From Candidatus Hydrogenedentota bacterium (GTDB lineage: Bacteria; Hydrogenedentota; Hydrogenedentia; Hydrogenedentales; JAEUWI01): 47,079 bases of DNA. A model generated the notes under the pieces. It had not been told where the DNA came from. It did not search any database and was given only the letters and a program-made list of their open reading frames with translations. The stretch lies in assembly GCA_034669905.1 (NCBI GenBank), contig JAXMOL010000057.1:1-47079 (forward strand), read 5' to 3'. The position numbers were made by a program, and so were the translations under genes. Positions within the stretch are counted from its first letter, which is position 1, and every line of letters starts with the position of its first letter. Below are positions 45,201-47,079 of this stretch, piece by piece.

Positions 45201-46649
45201 TTCTTCGCGCGACAGAGCGCCATCCTCATCGCTGTCACCTGCGACGAAACCTTCGAGCAGCAACTCGGCCTGGGTCTCGAGGCGGACAGCGCGGGCCGTG
45301 GCCACCGTCGAAATCTCTGCCTCCGAAATAAAGTCGTCGTCATTGGCGTCGATGGCGGCAAACTGCTCCACCGTCAGTCCCGATACGGCCGCCTCGGCCT
45401 CCTCGGAACTGAGCAGCAAATCTTCGTTTGCATCGGCCGTGCTGAAAGCGTCCAGCAGGGACTGGGCCACGTTTGCGAGGTTGTCCTCCGAAATCGTGGC
45501 AAAGGGCAACAGTTCAGACTCCGACAGTCCGCCATCCTGGTCACTGTCCATGGCATTAAAGCGGCTTTCCAGGAATTCTGCGATCAGGGCCTGGGCCTCT
45601 TCCAGACTCAACAGCCCATCGCTATTGGTATCGGTGGCGGTAAAGTTTTCCAGGAGCGTTTCGGCATCCGCTTCGAAAACCGCGCTCGGGTCCAGCGGCG
45701 TCACTGTAATCACGAAGGCTTCCGTGTCGCTCAGCACCGGGTTTCCGTTGTCCCGAAGCCCCGCCACCACCGCATAGTCTCCGGCATCCCCCAGCTCCGG
45801 GGTGTAGGAAAGCGTGGCCGTGGGCGCATCAAAGACCGCGCCAGCCGGCAAACTATCCATAAAAAAGGTAACTTCGTCACCATCCGGGTCACTACCGGTA
45901 AGGCGAAGGGCAAGGGTGCGCTCTTCGCGGACTTCCATGTTGCCAATGGCATCCAGCACGGGCGCCCGGTTCGTATCACTAACCGTAATGGCGAACGTCT
46001 CACTGACCATGACCGTCTCATCGGCCCCGTCGACCACCGTCACCACGATATCTTCGTAGAGACCGGCGGCGTCAAAGTCGGGAATCCAATTGATCACGCC
46101 CACGCTGGCGTCGAAGGTCGCGCCAGTCGGCAGGTTTTCCACCGTAACCACCGGCGACTCATCGTCGGCGTCCGAAGCCGCCACGGCAATCAACAGGGTC
46201 GCGCCCTCGGCCACCGTACGGTTGCCAATGGGGGCAAGGACCGGCGCATCGGGCTCGGCGTTAATCGTTACGTTTACCAGGATGAGGTCGGTGCCACCGT
46301 TGCCATCGGCCACCTGGATACCGAAACTATCCGTACCGTTAAAATCGGTATTGGGTACGTAGCCGACGGTCGCCGATGTGTTGGCCCCGGTCACCGTCGC
46401 CGTGCCACTGGCGGCCCCACTGGCGACAGTCCACAGGATTTCGTCCATATCTGCGTCGGTGGCGTTCAGCGTGAGCGCAAAGGCCGTCGGCGCACCGTCT
46501 TCACTCATGGTGACAGCGACCACGTCGCCCTCGGTAATAACTGGCGGATTGGCCTGCTTGGACGCGGCCCCTGCCGTCCCCGAAAGACCGGCCACCGCCA
46601 GCAGTGCAACAAGAAGAGTATACTGAGAGATTCGTAGCCATTTTTTCAC
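42291..46649 (-). CDS. Large surface protein: Ig/cadherin-like domains, ten EF-hand-like loops, multiple FN3 domains, Big_2, CFI-box C-terminal domain
   Basis: GTG 46649 gives signal peptide MKKWLRISQYTLLVALLAVAGLSGTAGA; YVPNTDFNGTDSF; DxxxDGxLSxxE-type loops; W.TDE...H.V.L.GL repeats; PCFIATA...LRRFRD...YY.VSPP.A followed by a TM. Confidence 0.9.
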   Translation of the reverse strand: MKKWLRISQYTLLVALLAVAGLSGTAGAASKQANPPVITEGDVVAVTMSEDGAPTAFALTLNATDADMDEILWTVASGAASGTATVTGANTSATVGYVPNTDFNGTDSFGIQVADGNGGTDLILVNVTINAEPDAPVLAPIGNRTVAEGATLLIAVAASDADDESPVVTVENLPTGATFDASVGVINWIPDFDAAGLYEDIVVTVVDGADETVMVSETFAITVSDTNRAPVLDAIGNMEVREERTLALRLTGSDPDGDEVTFFMDSLPAGAVFDAPTATLSYTPELGDAGDYAVVAGLRDNGNPVLSDTEAFVITVTPLDPSAVFEADAETLLENFTATDTNSDGLLSLEEAQALIAEFLESRFNAMDSDQDGGLSESELLPFATISEDNLANVAQSLLDAFSTADANEDLLLSSEEAEAAVSGLTVEQFAAIDANDDDFISEAEISTVATARAVRLETQAELLLEGFVAGDSDEDGALSREEAVAIVAELSFEDFQDHDLNRDGHLSESELTTIATTGDADLESAAELIEEFFYEADLNRDGFVSREEAVRGISTLTLRDFQELDGDGDGLLSRAEVSAGAAVGDEALETAAETLVAGFAGADADESGGLSREEAATVLPGLTLSQFQELDSNDDGELSEEELDAEATRDDPVPMAPVVVEGVTIGGITPTSALVTWKTQVSSTATVRFGTEMGTLNMTAPSATPTGAHQVTLTGLAQNTTYYVRVDSVSADDESLTGSSPVVSFTTAAVADTTAPQFSALPVVTGVSDTALHLVWRTDEFTTGELVVSDENGNTTSTTEQAARSHAITLEGLTPDTDYDLLVTARDTSGNLNTVMLSVGTMAEPDRSPARIVDGVLITRISDTQIGLRWATDEPATTTVVFSEDDSLSLEQTLPGLRRDHHVTLVGLSPETAYTIEVRSVDWRDNGTARGTVATTTTRATARDEAPRFLAAPEVVGVTDTRAVIAWETDHAADASVRFSADNIPARTIADSTQGLAHRVVLTGLEAGTTYRFNATSRDMAGAMTTASTTATPGATGGLALTFTTAAAPDVTAPRIIEGPIVVGATDEGFTVVWTTDELADSYVRYGLVSAVGRQEYQDNTLRTEHIVTIRGLVSDSEYELVVNSADASGNGPVSAAPLMATTTVGIDSTDPVFNSGPVITSVTSNTAVLQWSANEIAGADVTLTATQATLGSVQATSTLGTGQTLLLTNLVPGTTYGYTVRAVDQNQNATSATGQFTTAAAALTVTPRRLILAVDGTAQLTVTSEDPDEVAFQFVSNNPNIVTVDPSGVVTAEAEGQATIFVADSTGTRIVNVPVTVYVIPESEDLTGFFSLLAIFLIQNGESGTIGPCFIATAASGTPMAPEIDVLRRFRDEWLLSNSLGTLVVDSYYHVSPPLADWIARHPVASLAVRVLLIPVLVLTGLWMQSPLLTAALLLLFAAGLHRVRRRFAR

Positions 46650-47016
46650 GAGTGAACAGACCTTATCTGTTGTTACGTTACCGTCAACCGATGCCTCCGA
46701 AAAGGTCACCGTGCTTTGAAGGGACAGTTTACCACGGGGAACCCTGCCGTCTCCCCCCGAAACCGACCACTGCTTCCAGGCTCCCACCCCAATCAGCCTA
46801 CGCGATACGCATCTTTCTGTCAAAACCACCGGACGGCACCGTCCGATCACACACGTCCATTGCCCTACCCCACCCCACTGAAACCTAAATAAGCGAAGGT
46901 AGACCTCGATCGAATCCAACTCGTTCGGTACGACAGCGCATGCAAGCGCCTGCAAAAGGCCAACGGACGTTCGGCTTGGCCACTATTGATTAAAGAAGTC
47001 TTTGACATTTGGGAGC

Positions 47017-47033
47017 GCAGGCGGCCCGCCTGC
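47017..47033. repeat. Short REP-like palindrome
   Basis: GCAGGCGG-C-CCGCCTGC, preceded by GGGAGC. Confidence 0.4.
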
Positions 47034-47079
47034 CTCGGGCCGAAGGCACGTAGTTTTTACGTCTTCGACGTAATGCAGG

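Overview
High-GC bacterial chromosomal segment, most likely Candidatus Hydrogenedentes or a related lineage. This is inferred from poly-(Gly-Glu) linkers, a CFI-box C-terminal domain and DUF1559/H-X9-DG-type domains. Housekeeping genes: rsmE, ndk, a 30-aa bS22/mS38-like ORF missed by the ORF track, DUF1844, a TolC-family protein, leuB, phoX, nnrE-thpR-yggT-pcm, a YtrA-type GntR, rsmI, a glucuronokinase-like GHMP kinase, mltG and ruvX. Accessory material: (i) a mini-island after leuB with an AT-richer ~1270-aa PD-(D/E)xK nuclease-STAND NTPase (Avs-like candidate anti-phage sensor) and a parDE module bracketed by identical 50-bp palindromic repeats; (ii) a four-gene operon of paralogous membrane proteins, three with an inserted DUF1559-like domain and the fourth with an in-frame amber codon; (iii) two distant paralogues of an unclassified secreted glycoside-hydrolase-like family; (iv) two giant surface proteins with different C-terminal sorting-like signals. 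Intergenic regions hold several REP-like families and four candidate structured RNAs, one of them 6S-like. No rRNA, tRNA, CRISPR array, integrase or transposase was seen. All family assignments are from motif recognition by eye, not database searches.
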